In this document: positions 17,138 to 26,824 of the stretch, piece by piece | How the letters are laid out: every line of letters begins with the position of its first letter | Position numbering within the stretch: the first letter of the stretch is position 1 | Assembly (NCBI GenBank): GCA_018061685.1 | Contig: JAGOTR010000002.1 | Span: 1-60,257, forward strand | Length of the DNA stretch: 60,257 nt | Reading direction: 5' to 3' | From: Candidatus Magasanikiibacteriota bacterium | GTDB taxonomy: Bacteria; Patescibacteriota; Patescibacteriia; Magasanikbacterales; UBA922 | The notes under the pieces: model-generated | Seen by the model: the letters and a program-made list of their open reading frames with translations, nothing else | Told to the model about the DNA's origin: nothing | Databases searched by the model: none | Translations under genes and position numbers: made by a program

Positions 17138-17245
17138 AGGGGTATTTCGCACGCAGGCGAAATACCCCTCCAAAATTTTGCTCGACTGCATTTCCCCAGT
17201 CGAGCCAATTCAAAAGCACTTCATATACATGAAGTGCTTTTGTAT
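17138..17245 (+). terminator. Three consecutive hairpins after the GC-rich CDS
   Basis: 17138-17169 (12-13 bp stem), 17181-17204 (8 bp), 17212-17241 (13 bp, AAAAGCACTTCAT/ATGAAGTGCTTTT) followed by T-rich sequence. Confidence 0.65.
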
Positions 17246-17304
17246 ATGAAAGCAATATCTTTGCCTTAAATAAGCAAAAAAATGGTTGCAAAAATCCAAT
17301 ATAT

Positions 17305-18495
17305 ATGGCAGTATATTCATACGAATATACTATGCCACCTACTTCCACAAAAAAAAATATTCTCCTATTGATTACCAAAGGAGAAATAGGAGGTGCCCAA
17401 ATGTCGGTCATCAATCTTGCTCGATACCTCAAACAGCAAGCCTACTCAGTGACGCTTGGATTTGGCAAAGGCGATTTTTTAATTGAAAAAGCAAACCAAG
17501 AAAATATTCCTTATTTTCATCCCAAACATCTTATACGAACACAAAATATATTAAAAAATATTTTATTTATTTTCGAAATAAAAAAATACTGTACCAATAA
17601 CAAAGTAGATATTCTCCATCTCAATAGCACCAATACACTCTTTGCGGCAATAGGTGCTTCCTTATCCAAACAAAAACCAAAAATTATTTTTACTTTTCGA
17701 GGCCTTTCGCTTCTCGATCCTTTATATACATCATCAAAAATAAAAAGAATAACGTATCGCTTATTTTTTCTTTTTTTATTACGGTTTGTTGATGAACAAG
17801 TATATGTGAGTGAAGAAAACCTCCAATTTGCAAAAAGAATAAAAATTGCAAAAAATGCCCATGTGATTGCAAATGCAGTCAATATATCAAAAAGCGATAT
17901 ACTGCCACAAGATATCGCACGAAAAAAATTGAGTGATATGCTCAATCAAGATGTACGTAACACATTTATTATTGGCTCTATCGGGCGGCTGGCATATCAA
18001 AAAAATTATGAATTTTTAATAGAGCAAATGATCGAACTACACAATCAAATACCCAATATCCGATGCATTATTATCGGCGATGGTCCACAAAAAAATAAAC
18101 TTCAAAAGCTTGTTGCATCGAAACAATTAACTCATTGTGTTTTATTTACCAATAGCCTCGTGGATGCATATCAATTCCTCTCCGCATTTGATATGTTTGT
18201 ACTTCCCTCACGATATGAAGGCATGTCGATAACACTCTTAGAAGCGATGACCGCGGGACTTCCAATACTTGCAAGTGATGTGCAAGGAAACCATGACATC
18301 GTATCTCATGCCGGAGAATTATTTGTATTTAACAATAGCACACAGTTTCAAGAAAAAACGCTCAATATTATTCAAAATAAAGCATACAGAAAAGAATTAT
18401 CTCAAAAAGCACTGATCGAATCGAAAAAATTTTCCATGGAACATACAGGTGAACAATACATTCACCTATACGAAGCACACTCACCTATCAAGTGA
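17305..18495 (+). CDS. Glycosyltransferase, GT4/group 1 family
   Basis: C-terminal EGxxxxxxEAMxxGxPxxxS motif (EGMSITLLEAMTAGLPILAS). Alternative ATG at 17332. Confidence 0.8.
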   Translation: MAVYSYEYTMPPTSTKKNILLLITKGEIGGAQMSVINLARYLKQQAYSVTLGFGKGDFLIEKANQENIPYFHPKHLIRTQNILKNILFIFEIKKYCTNNKVDILHLNSTNTLFAAIGASLSKQKPKIIFTFRGLSLLDPLYTSSKIKRITYRLFFLFLLRFVDEQVYVSEENLQFAKRIKIAKNAHVIANAVNISKSDILPQDIARKKLSDMLNQDVRNTFIIGSIGRLAYQKNYEFLIEQMIELHNQIPNIRCIIIGDGPQKNKLQKLVASKQLTHCVLFTNSLVDAYQFLSAFDMFVLPSRYEGMSITLLEAMTAGLPILASDVQGNHDIVSHAGELFVFNNSTQFQEKTLNIIQNKAYRKELSQKALIESKKFSMEHTGEQYIHLYEAHSPIK

Positions 18496-18514
18496 TCTCG
18501 TTTTTTTATACCGT

Positions 18515-19765
18515 ATGAAAAAAATATATACGTACATACGAAACCAAATCAAACAGTATCTGAAAATAGATATACACTATCTCGCAAAAAGTGGCTTTTG
18601 GTTAACCCTAAAACAACTTGTTATTTCTATAACAAGCTTTTTACTTACCATTGCACTTGCCAATGTACTCACTCCTGATGAATATGGTTTGTTTCGATAT
18701 ATACTAGCGGCAGTAAGCATATTAATTCTTACTTCATTACCTGGCATGAGTACGGCACTCCAGCAAACAGTAGCACAAGGAAACGATAAAACTATTGTTT
18801 CTATTATAAAAACACGGCTATACTGGGGAAGTATCGGGGCAATTCTATGTTTGGCATTGTCTGGATTTTATTATATTCAACAAAACATATCGATTGCGTC
18901 GATCTATCTTGCACTCACCCCAATTCTGTTGGTATTGTCACCATTTTCTTCCTTTGATGATTATTTAATTGGCAAAAAAAAGTTTCAATTATCAACAATG
19001 CTTACCACAATCGGCATTGTAGGACAAATGCTATTTCTTCTCAGTATTTTGTATGTCACACACAATATCAACGTAGTTATTTTGAGTTATTTTTTGTTTA
19101 CTGCAGCTTTTCGATTTTTTTCGTATTCATATGTAAAAAAAAGATTTACGGAAGATATAAGACAAAGTGTGTCTGATACAGAAAGTATTACCTATGGGAA
19201 GCACCTGTCAGCCATGAATATTCTTCCGACCATTGGCAAACATATTGATAAAATTATTATCTTTCACTATTTCAGTGCCGCTGAATTGGCCATATATAGT
19301 TTTGCTATCGCCCCGGTAGAATACATATCGTCTTTTTTAGTAAATATTAATACAGCACTATTACCCAAATTAACCACAAAAAAAAATACGGATATACAAA
19401 AAAACAAATACCGTCACATGATTCTTTTGGGTATCTGTATTGTCCCTATCGTTATTATCTATATGATAAGTACCCCATATATATTTCACACCATATTCCC
19501 TGGATATAGTGCGGCGATAGTTCTTTCACAAATATACGCAATTATACTATTAACATATATAAGTATTATTCCTGCCACTTTTTTAGAGGCAAAAAAACAA
19601 ATAAAAAAACTCTATTACCTTCGAACAGTGATTCCCATCATCACAATTGTGTTGTTATTTTGTTCTATTCCGTATGGTATTTTAGGAATCATTTGTGGAA
19701 AAATTATTATCCAAGTAATTCGTCTGGGATACTTGTTATATCTCACTAAACATAGCGAATCATAA
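18515..19765 (+). CDS. Wzx-like polysaccharide flippase (MOP superfamily membrane protein)
   Basis: About 12 hydrophobic segments, glycan-locus context. Start trimmed to the ATG at 18515, after the upstream TGA stop at 18493-18495. Confidence 0.65.
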   Translation: MKKIYTYIRNQIKQYLKIDIHYLAKSGFWLTLKQLVISITSFLLTIALANVLTPDEYGLFRYILAAVSILILTSLPGMSTALQQTVAQGNDKTIVSIIKTRLYWGSIGAILCLALSGFYYIQQNISIASIYLALTPILLVLSPFSSFDDYLIGKKKFQLSTMLTTIGIVGQMLFLLSILYVTHNINVVILSYFLFTAAFRFFSYSYVKKRFTEDIRQSVSDTESITYGKHLSAMNILPTIGKHIDKIIIFHYFSAAELAIYSFAIAPVEYISSFLVNINTALLPKLTTKKNTDIQKNKYRHMILLGICIVPIVIIYMISTPYIFHTIFPGYSAAIVLSQIYAIILLTYISIIPATFLEAKKQIKKLYYLRTVIPIITIVLLFCSIPYGILGIICGKIIIQVIRLGYLLYLTKHSES

Positions 19766-19786
19766 TTTGATACCCATATTTTCTGT

Positions 19787-20890
19787 ATGTATATATCCAA
19801 ACACACAATAAAACAAGTACTAAAAAAAATATATATATTACATATCACGACATCACTGGTCAGAGCAATGAAACACATACGGTCACAAAATATTCTTCCG
19901 TTTTGTGCAAAATATACTTTTTTGAGTAAACTCTATTATGTATTTTTTGGTGAATTTAATCGAGAACAACAAGCGGTACTCAATGGAATACTGAAGCATA
20001 CGAACACCGAAAGCGGGATAAATCAATATACACTTGTACGCAACATTCATAGAATTGAAAAAGGAATTGCCATGCCAGATAGACGCCCTGTGTTTGCGAC
20101 AACATATCTCAAAGAAACGATTGCATCATACGAAATAACACTCAAGCAATATACACACACAAATGAGTCCATACACACAGAACAACTTCTTTGGGCATAC
20201 GATGTACTAAGTCATTATTTTAGTATTGTTGACACATCTGATCCTATTATTGATGGGTGTAAAAATATTTTTTATAGTCTTCCGCAGATTGTAAAAAATG
20301 AATCATCTCAAAAAAAACTTCCGTATAAAAGAAAAGACAATTTATGTAATACGGTACAATTTCAAGACTTACAAAATCTTGCAAAACAACGCCGTTCAAT
20401 CCGATGGTTTTTACAAAAGCCAGTTGAAAGAGAAAAAATTGACCAGGCATTGTCTATTGCAGAACTATCCCCGAGTGATTGCAATAGATCACCTATTTCA
20501 TTTCTTATTATTGATGATCCGGTACTGGTAAAAAAAATTGCAACCATTCCACTTGGCACACCGGGGTTTGCCGAAAATATACCGGTGATAGTGGTGGTCA
20601 TAGGAAATTTAGATTCTTACCCCTCGGAACGAGACCGTCATAATATATATATTAATACAGGTCTTCAAAGTATGGCCTTTATGTATGCACTTGAAACCCT
20701 CGGATTATCGACGTGTCCGCTGAATTGGCCGGATATTGAAGAAAAAGAAAGAGAGTTGCAACTCATTCTCAAATTAGCGCCCTGGAAACGCCCTACCCTC
20801 CTTATGGCCTTGGGCTATGCTGATCCGGAAGGCGCAGTACTTTACTCTGCCAAACGAGGCATTGCACAAGCAAGGACATATAATATTTAG
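19787..20890 (+). CDS. Nitroreductase-family protein with an ~170-aa N-terminal extension
   Basis: RRSIRWF...IDQALSIAELSPSDCN nitroreductase signature in the C-terminal half. Confidence 0.7.
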   Translation: MYISKHTIKQVLKKIYILHITTSLVRAMKHIRSQNILPFCAKYTFLSKLYYVFFGEFNREQQAVLNGILKHTNTESGINQYTLVRNIHRIEKGIAMPDRRPVFATTYLKETIASYEITLKQYTHTNESIHTEQLLWAYDVLSHYFSIVDTSDPIIDGCKNIFYSLPQIVKNESSQKKLPYKRKDNLCNTVQFQDLQNLAKQRRSIRWFLQKPVEREKIDQALSIAELSPSDCNRSPISFLIIDDPVLVKKIATIPLGTPGFAENIPVIVVVIGNLDSYPSERDRHNIYINTGLQSMAFMYALETLGLSTCPLNWPDIEEKERELQLILKLAPWKRPTLLMALGYADPEGAVLYSAKRGIAQARTYNI

Positions 20891-20903
20891 TTATTTTTTG
20901 TAT

Positions 20904-22040
20904 ATGGTGATAGAAATAAAAGGTGCTGAATTTGTCAATAAAGGTTCAGAATTAATGATTCTTTCTATTGTAAAAGAAATAGAGAAAAGAAATATACCAG
21001 CCAAAATAGTGATGGAACCCACGAGAGACTACGAAAAAAAAGCTCGGCTTGGTATATATCACAAAATTTCCAAAAGAAAATTTGGTATTCAATGGGGGGG
21101 GTGGATGGGAGGGACGATCCCCCGAGTCCTTCGACAATCCTATGGTCTTATAGCACAAAAAGAAGTAACAGCTATTTTTGACGCATCAGGTTTTGCCTAT
21201 GGCGATCAATGGGGAGAAAAAAATATCAAAGATATGGCTCGGTATGCAAGCCAGTGCCGTACACAACATAAAAAAGTTATCATACTTCCACAAGCATGTG
21301 GGCCATTTGAAAAAGAAAACGTAAAAAAATATGTACCAAAATTAGTCGCCAATGTTGATTTATTCTTTTGTCGTGATAGGGAGTCATACAACTACATCAC
21401 CAGCATTGTTGGTAAAAAAACACATATTCATATATTTCCAGATTTTACTGTATTGCTTGAAGGGACTCCTCCTCCACCAACATTAGAAATAGAAAAAAAG
21501 ATTGGTATTATTCCCAACGTAAAAATGATATCAGAAACAGACAAAAAAACTGCAGAAACATACAAAAAATTTTTAATTGCAGTCGTTGCTTATTTAAATA
21601 AAATAAACCAGCCATACTTTTTATTGGCACATCAAAAAAAATCTGATACAGCCTTTATACGAGAACTCTTTCCCACTATTTCTTCCGAACACATTATTCA
21701 TCACGATGATCCTCAAGTAATAAAAGGAATTATTGGTAATGCCAAAGGCATTATTAGCTCACGCTATCATGCCAGTATCAGTGCGCTTTCATCGGGTGTT
21801 CCCACTCTTGGCACAAGCTGGAGTCATAAATATGAAGAATTGTTCCGTGCCTACAATGCCACAGAATATCTTCTTAACATGAAACAATATACTCTTACAC
21901 AAGTCGAAGCGTCACTCAACATGTTGATACACGACGATAAATCTCGAGCCATGCAACACGTGTTACGTACGCAAGCAGCCGTGCATAAAAAAGAAGCAAA
22001 AATAATGTGGGACAGAGTGTTTGAGACAATCATGAAATAA
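20904..22040 (+). CDS. Polysaccharide pyruvyl transferase family protein
   Basis: SSRYHASISALSSGVPTLGTSWSHKYEELF region typical of the family. Start trimmed to the ATG at 20904. Confidence 0.7.
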   Translation: MVIEIKGAEFVNKGSELMILSIVKEIEKRNIPAKIVMEPTRDYEKKARLGIYHKISKRKFGIQWGGWMGGTIPRVLRQSYGLIAQKEVTAIFDASGFAYGDQWGEKNIKDMARYASQCRTQHKKVIILPQACGPFEKENVKKYVPKLVANVDLFFCRDRESYNYITSIVGKKTHIHIFPDFTVLLEGTPPPPTLEIEKKIGIIPNVKMISETDKKTAETYKKFLIAVVAYLNKINQPYFLLAHQKKSDTAFIRELFPTISSEHIIHHDDPQVIKGIIGNAKGIISSRYHASISALSSGVPTLGTSWSHKYEELFRAYNATEYLLNMKQYTLTQVEASLNMLIHDDKSRAMQHVLRTQAAVHKKEAKIMWDRVFETIMK

Positions 22041-22048
22041 AAATGTAT

Positions 22049-23944
22049 TCACGAAGCATCCTCAATCATCCATTTTTCATACCACATTTGAAATACCAAA
22101 ATAATCCACAGTTGTTCAACATTTTTACTTGTTACTTCATTTCGTAATTGTTGAATAAACGAAAGTGAAAATATATTTTGTTTTTCAATAAATGTATCTG
22201 AAAGATATTTTTCACGTAATTCATCTCCCCAAGAAGATCTAAGCCAATGATAAAGCGGTGGAACAAACCCACTTTTTTTTCTTTCAAATAAAGATGGTGA
22301 TACATAGTCGCCCAAGATATTTTTGAGAAGTTGCTTCGTTCCGACTTGTTTTTTTATTTTTGGATATGGTATCTGTGAAACGAATTGAAGAATTGATTCA
22401 TCCAAAAAAGGCTCGCGAGCTTCCACACCGTGTGCCATACTCATTCTATCACTTTTGACTAAAATATCATTAGGTAAGTATTGCTGTATATCCCATAGTT
22501 GCATTTGTTGAATAGAATTTTTTTCAGAAACAACAAATATATCGGATAACACATTATGATCAGAAGGATCAAGTAGCAACTGATTGATTTCTTTTGTATG
22601 AAAAAAAGTAGTACTTGCTAAAAACATATCCTTGAGTGTTCGGTGTCCGCTTATACGTTTCAACTTATATATTTTTCTTTCAATATTACTATAGGCACTT
22701 ATACTCGTGCGTTTGATACACTGTCTATATACGTTGGCCACAAAGGAGATCGGGAACAAAGTCAAAAGCCGAACACCCCATCGATTGATACGAGAATGAA
22801 GCAAAGCATCGATAGCTTGATATTTGGTATATCCAGCAAATAACTCATCTCCCCCATCACCCGATAAAGCAACCTTCACATACTGCCTAGTATATTTTGC
22901 TAATAAATACGTAGGAATAGCTGAGGGGTCAGCAAAAGGCTCGTCAAAAAAATTGGGTAATTGTTTAATAACACCATATACATCACTATCTGTAACATAC
23001 AACTCATGATGATCTGTTTGAAGTGCATTGGCTATTTTTTTTGCATACGGAGCTTCATCGTATTCACGTTCTGAAAAACCGATGGTAAATGTTTGCAATT
23101 TTTGTTTTTGATCACGCGCTAACACGGCCGTAACAAGTGACGAATCTATTCCGCCACTAAGAAAAACACCTATATCAACATCAGCTACCGTTCTATATTG
23201 AAAAGACCTTTTCAGAAGAGTATGTAACGATTCTATTGATGTATTTGATGTTTGTTTTATTGAAATATTTGGCCGCCAATATGGCTGTATATTAAGGGCA
23301 CCATCTTCACTCACGGTCAAATATGTTCCAGGTTCAAGCTTTAAAATATGTCTATATATAGAAAATTGACCAGGAGTATAGCCTAGCTGCAAATATAGTT
23401 GAAGTGCTTCACGGTCTAATTCTTTAGCATACATTCCAGACGCTAATATGGCTTTTATCTCTGAAGCAAACAAAAATAATTTATTTGCATGATAATAATA
23501 CAGTGGTTTCACACCAAAACGATCGCGAACTAAAATCATCTCTTTTTTTTCATGATCCCAAATAGCATAGGCAAACATACCAATGCACTTTTGAAAACTC
23601 TCTTTTCCCCACTCGGCATAGGCATGCAAAACAACTTCAGTATCAGTATCATTCAAAAAAATATGACCCAAATTTTGTAATTGTTTTTTTAATTCTCGAT
23701 AGTTATATACTTCGCCATTAAACGTAATTGTGTATGTTTTATTGTTGTGCAAAATGGTCATGGGTTGACTTCCTCGCGATGAAACATCAATAATAGATAA
23801 CCGTGTATGGCCAAATGCCACGTGACTGTGTGTATCAACAAAAAAATCAGCCCCATCAGGCCCCCGATGCCTCAGTGCGTGTACCATGGGTTCAAGTATC
23901 TCTTTTGTTAATTGAGGTGATATACCACCAATAATGCCACACAT
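22049..23944 (-). CDS. asnB: Asparagine synthase (glutamine-hydrolysing) family amidotransferase
   Basis: MCGI N-terminal nucleophile, SGGxDSS PP-loop (LSGGIDSS), 631 aa. Common in glycan loci. Confidence 0.85.
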   Translation of the reverse strand: MCGIIGGISPQLTKEILEPMVHALRHRGPDGADFFVDTHSHVAFGHTRLSIIDVSSRGSQPMTILHNNKTYTITFNGEVYNYRELKKQLQNLGHIFLNDTDTEVVLHAYAEWGKESFQKCIGMFAYAIWDHEKKEMILVRDRFGVKPLYYYHANKLFLFASEIKAILASGMYAKELDREALQLYLQLGYTPGQFSIYRHILKLEPGTYLTVSEDGALNIQPYWRPNISIKQTSNTSIESLHTLLKRSFQYRTVADVDIGVFLSGGIDSSLVTAVLARDQKQKLQTFTIGFSEREYDEAPYAKKIANALQTDHHELYVTDSDVYGVIKQLPNFFDEPFADPSAIPTYLLAKYTRQYVKVALSGDGGDELFAGYTKYQAIDALLHSRINRWGVRLLTLFPISFVANVYRQCIKRTSISAYSNIERKIYKLKRISGHRTLKDMFLASTTFFHTKEINQLLLDPSDHNVLSDIFVVSEKNSIQQMQLWDIQQYLPNDILVKSDRMSMAHGVEAREPFLDESILQFVSQIPYPKIKKQVGTKQLLKNILGDYVSPSLFERKKSGFVPPLYHWLRSSWGDELREKYLSDTFIEKQNIFSLSFIQQLRNEVTSKNVEQLWIILVFQMWYEKWMIEDAS

Positions 23945-23950
23945 ATGAAA

Positions 23951-25024
23951 TTATTGTAAAAAGGTTAATATAGCTTGTACACGAGTATCCCAAGTATATT
24001 GACGAACATCGGTTAATGCTTGCTGTGATTTTTGAGCTGCCACAATAGAATTTTGACAAATAGTACGTATATGAAAAATACCTTCTGCAATATCATTTGG
24101 ATCAAATAAATATGCATTTCTTTCATTCAATACTTCAATAATTGACCCAATACGTGATGCCACAATAGGCACACCACTCACCATATATTCAAACATTTTT
24201 AATGGCGATGTGTACAGAGAATATTCCAAAGAAGCTGCAGTATTAGGTAACAAGAGGACATCAGCAGCTTTAATAAAACTCATTACCTCAGCATGTGTAT
24301 GCTCACCTAAAAAAGAAATATTCTGCGGCATAGTTATCGCATCATACATGCCTTCGTGATGAAATAAAAAAAATCTATACTCAGGGAGTGCACGCGCGAA
24401 TGCAATAACAACGTCCACTCCTTTTCCCTTTTGACCACTTCCACTGTATATAATTATTTTTTGATCTGGATTTGAAATATCAAAATATTTTTTTCTTATT
24501 TTTTCTTTTTCTTCTACACCACCTATCCATTTTGGGTCAATTCCGTTATGTGCGGCAACAATATGTGTATTTGGTATATGATACCGCGATATAAATAATT
24601 GTTTTAATGCATCACAATTGGTAACAATACGACTCTTTTTTCTTAAAAAAAAGAGGCACATATTTCCTAATACAGTTGTCATATGTTTATGGGCTTCATA
24701 CACCGTACGGTAGCCCAAAAAGCCATACACCAAAACAACACCAATATCTCGACTATATATCACATCTGGCTTAAATCTTTTTACACACCCGAATGATAAT
24801 ACCAGCAAGGCAACATACTGAAAAATACGAGGCAACCAAAGAGGGATTGAAAGAAATTTTGACGGATATGGAGTGTTCAGCGTACATATATGTGTCCTAT
24901 GTGCGGATACTAAAAGAAAATCTTTTTTTAATCTATGATAAAAAGCATTGCACATATGTTGTACCTGTAAACTTTGTGCCCCCTTATTTCCAACTCGAAC
25001 AGTAGTAAGATACAATACTTTCAT
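23951..25024 (-). CDS. Glycosyltransferase, group 1
   Basis: GT-B C-terminal half with a PLKMFEYMVSGVPIVAS-type motif. Confidence 0.7.
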   Translation of the reverse strand: MKVLYLTTVRVGNKGAQSLQVQHMCNAFYHRLKKDFLLVSAHRTHICTLNTPYPSKFLSIPLWLPRIFQYVALLVLSFGCVKRFKPDVIYSRDIGVVLVYGFLGYRTVYEAHKHMTTVLGNMCLFFLRKKSRIVTNCDALKQLFISRYHIPNTHIVAAHNGIDPKWIGGVEEKEKIRKKYFDISNPDQKIIIYSGSGQKGKGVDVVIAFARALPEYRFFLFHHEGMYDAITMPQNISFLGEHTHAEVMSFIKAADVLLLPNTAASLEYSLYTSPLKMFEYMVSGVPIVASRIGSIIEVLNERNAYLFDPNDIAEGIFHIRTICQNSIVAAQKSQQALTDVRQYTWDTRVQAILTFLQ

Positions 25025-25032
25025 ATAATTAT

Positions 25033-25671
25033 TCAGTCATTTTTTTTTGCGACACACAATATATGCCCTCCTAATCCTCGAAAAATTTTCGCCGGCATCA
25101 TCTTTTTTGAAAGACGCGTATTGAGATCAATAATTTCAAATCCAGCCAAACCAAGGCTAGCACGAAGAGATGCCGGCGTAAAAAAAACAAGATGTGTTGG
25201 GTCACCCAAATCTTCATACCGCTTGAATGCATATCGAATAATTCTATATAAACTATATGCATTGGGGACATCCAAAATAAATACACCATCATCTTTTAAT
25301 ACTCGCTTTACCTCTTGTAAAGAAATTCCCGTATTCGGGAGATGTTCTAATACTTCTCCCATATAAACGGTATCAAAAAAATTATCTTCATACGGCAAAC
25401 CATGCTCTATATTCCCCTGTTTTTGATGTGTATACAGATGCTCATGCTCCACGGGTGCAGGAAATAGATCAAATCCATACACCGTACTCTCTTCACCTGT
25501 ATATTCTACAAAATGTAAATGGAAGGAATCAGATTTACCCTCACCAAAAACACCGCCAACATTCCCAATATCAAGAATGTTTCCTTTTTTATACATCTTT
25601 TGAAGATAGGAAAATCTATCAGTAAACATCTGTGAAGAAAAATCTTCTTTTGTTATCCGAATATTACTCAT
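25033..25671 (-). CDS. Class I SAM-dependent methyltransferase
   Basis: ILDIGNVGG motif I, VLEHL motif. Start trimmed to the ATG at 25671, after the upstream stop at 25682. Confidence 0.7.
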   Translation of the reverse strand: MSNIRITKEDFSSQMFTDRFSYLQKMYKKGNILDIGNVGGVFGEGKSDSFHLHFVEYTGEESTVYGFDLFPAPVEHEHLYTHQKQGNIEHGLPYEDNFFDTVYMGEVLEHLPNTGISLQEVKRVLKDDGVFILDVPNAYSLYRIIRYAFKRYEDLGDPTHLVFFTPASLRASLGLAGFEIIDLNTRLSKKMMPAKIFRGLGGHILCVAKKND

Positions 25672-25681
25672 ACGTACAAAA

Positions 25682-26824
25682 TTATAAACAATTATTATAC
25701 TCGGCAACAACCTTTTTTGCATAATTTTGCCAGGTATAGGCTTCTGCAGTCCGTCGTGCCGCCACACCAAACTCTTTTACTTTTTCGGGATGCCTGTAAA
25801 AAAACAATATTTTTTCTTTTATCATTTTTACGTTTTGAACATCAATAATATACCCATCATGAGCATTGGTAACAATACTCCCTGCATTGGGAGTGGTAAT
25901 CACAGGAAGCCCACAAGCCAGTGCCTCGTATACTGATTTTGCAGATCCTTCAAGAAGCGAAGGAAATACATATATATCATGATACGGTAATACATCAACA
26001 ATGTCTACAAACCCATGTATATATATATGATCTTGTTCTGCATTATGAACAAACGGGAGCATTTCTCTATATACACGTCCATATACGTGCAGTTCTGCAT
26101 TATCCAAATTTAATTGTCTCCAAGCATCAATTAAATAAGGAATTCCCTTTCGCATGTTGATAGCACCTACAAAAACAACCTTAAATAGTTGATTATTTTT
26201 TTTCTCAATCGGTCTAAATATATCGATATCAACGCCAAACGGAATAACTGTTACATTTTTTTTGTCTATCCCAATAGATATCAAAGAATGTTCGACAAAC
26301 TGTGACGGGGCAATAAATGTATGTATATAAGAAAATGATTCTTTTATATATGAAGGAATACTGACAGAAGAAATTTTTTTTCCACAGTAATCCTGTTTCA
26401 ATGAAACATGAAGTGCCATAGGCACATCTTGTATAATCTGAATATGAGGATGGGTTGTAGCGATAAACGCATACACATGCGGCAAAAAATCCCATGAATG
26501 AATAATCTGAACATCAGAAAGATTTATTTTTTTTAATTTTTTAATAAGAAAAAATTCAAAGAGTCTATTTTTTATTCTCTCAGTTCGTAACCGTGAATGA
26601 ATCAGCATAGGCAGAGCACTCAATATCCTCATAATCACTCGCCCAAAGGGAACTACTCGTACAACAAAAAAAGGATACACGTCCGAATCATAATCTCGAC
26701 AAAATACAGTATACGTATACCCCCTCTGTTCTACTTCTTGAACAATTGGCCAAACGCGTGATCCAATAGTATGCCTAACACCCACGTCTGAATTAGCAAT
26801 AAAAATAATATGTGAGTATTTCAT
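25682..26824 (-). CDS. Glycosyltransferase, group 1
   Basis: EGSAKSVYEALACGLPVITT motif. 4-nt overlap with the upstream gene. Confidence 0.8.
   Translation of the reverse strand: MKYSHIIFIANSDVGVRHTIGSRVWPIVQEVEQRGYTYTVFCRDYDSDVYPFFVVRVVPFGRVIMRILSALPMLIHSRLRTERIKNRLFEFFLIKKLKKINLSDVQIIHSWDFLPHVYAFIATTHPHIQIIQDVPMALHVSLKQDYCGKKISSVSIPSYIKESFSYIHTFIAPSQFVEHSLISIGIDKKNVTVIPFGVDIDIFRPIEKKNNQLFKVVFVGAINMRKGIPYLIDAWRQLNLDNAELHVYGRVYREMLPFVHNAEQDHIYIHGFVDIVDVLPYHDIYVFPSLLEGSAKSVYEALACGLPVITTPNAGSIVTNAHDGYIIDVQNVKMIKEKILFFYRHPEKVKEFGVAARRTAEAYTWQNYAKKVVAEYNNCL

Noticed and set aside
12900-17250. Simple assembly chimera as the explanation for the GC-rich islands
   Set aside because: Composition alternates several times exactly at CDS boundaries. 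The AT-rich spacers inside both islands carry the same promoter consensus as backbone genes, which a single chimeric join would not produce. This still needs read-level confirmation, so it is down-weighted rather than excluded.
19787-23944. RiPP or lasso-peptide cluster (nitroreductase/SagB-like protein plus asparagine-synthase-like cyclase)
   Set aside because: The asnB-like protein has the full N-terminal MCGI glutaminase domain typical of sugar amidotransferases. There is no protease, no precursor-like small ORF and no ABC exporter. The context is uniformly polysaccharide biosynthesis.
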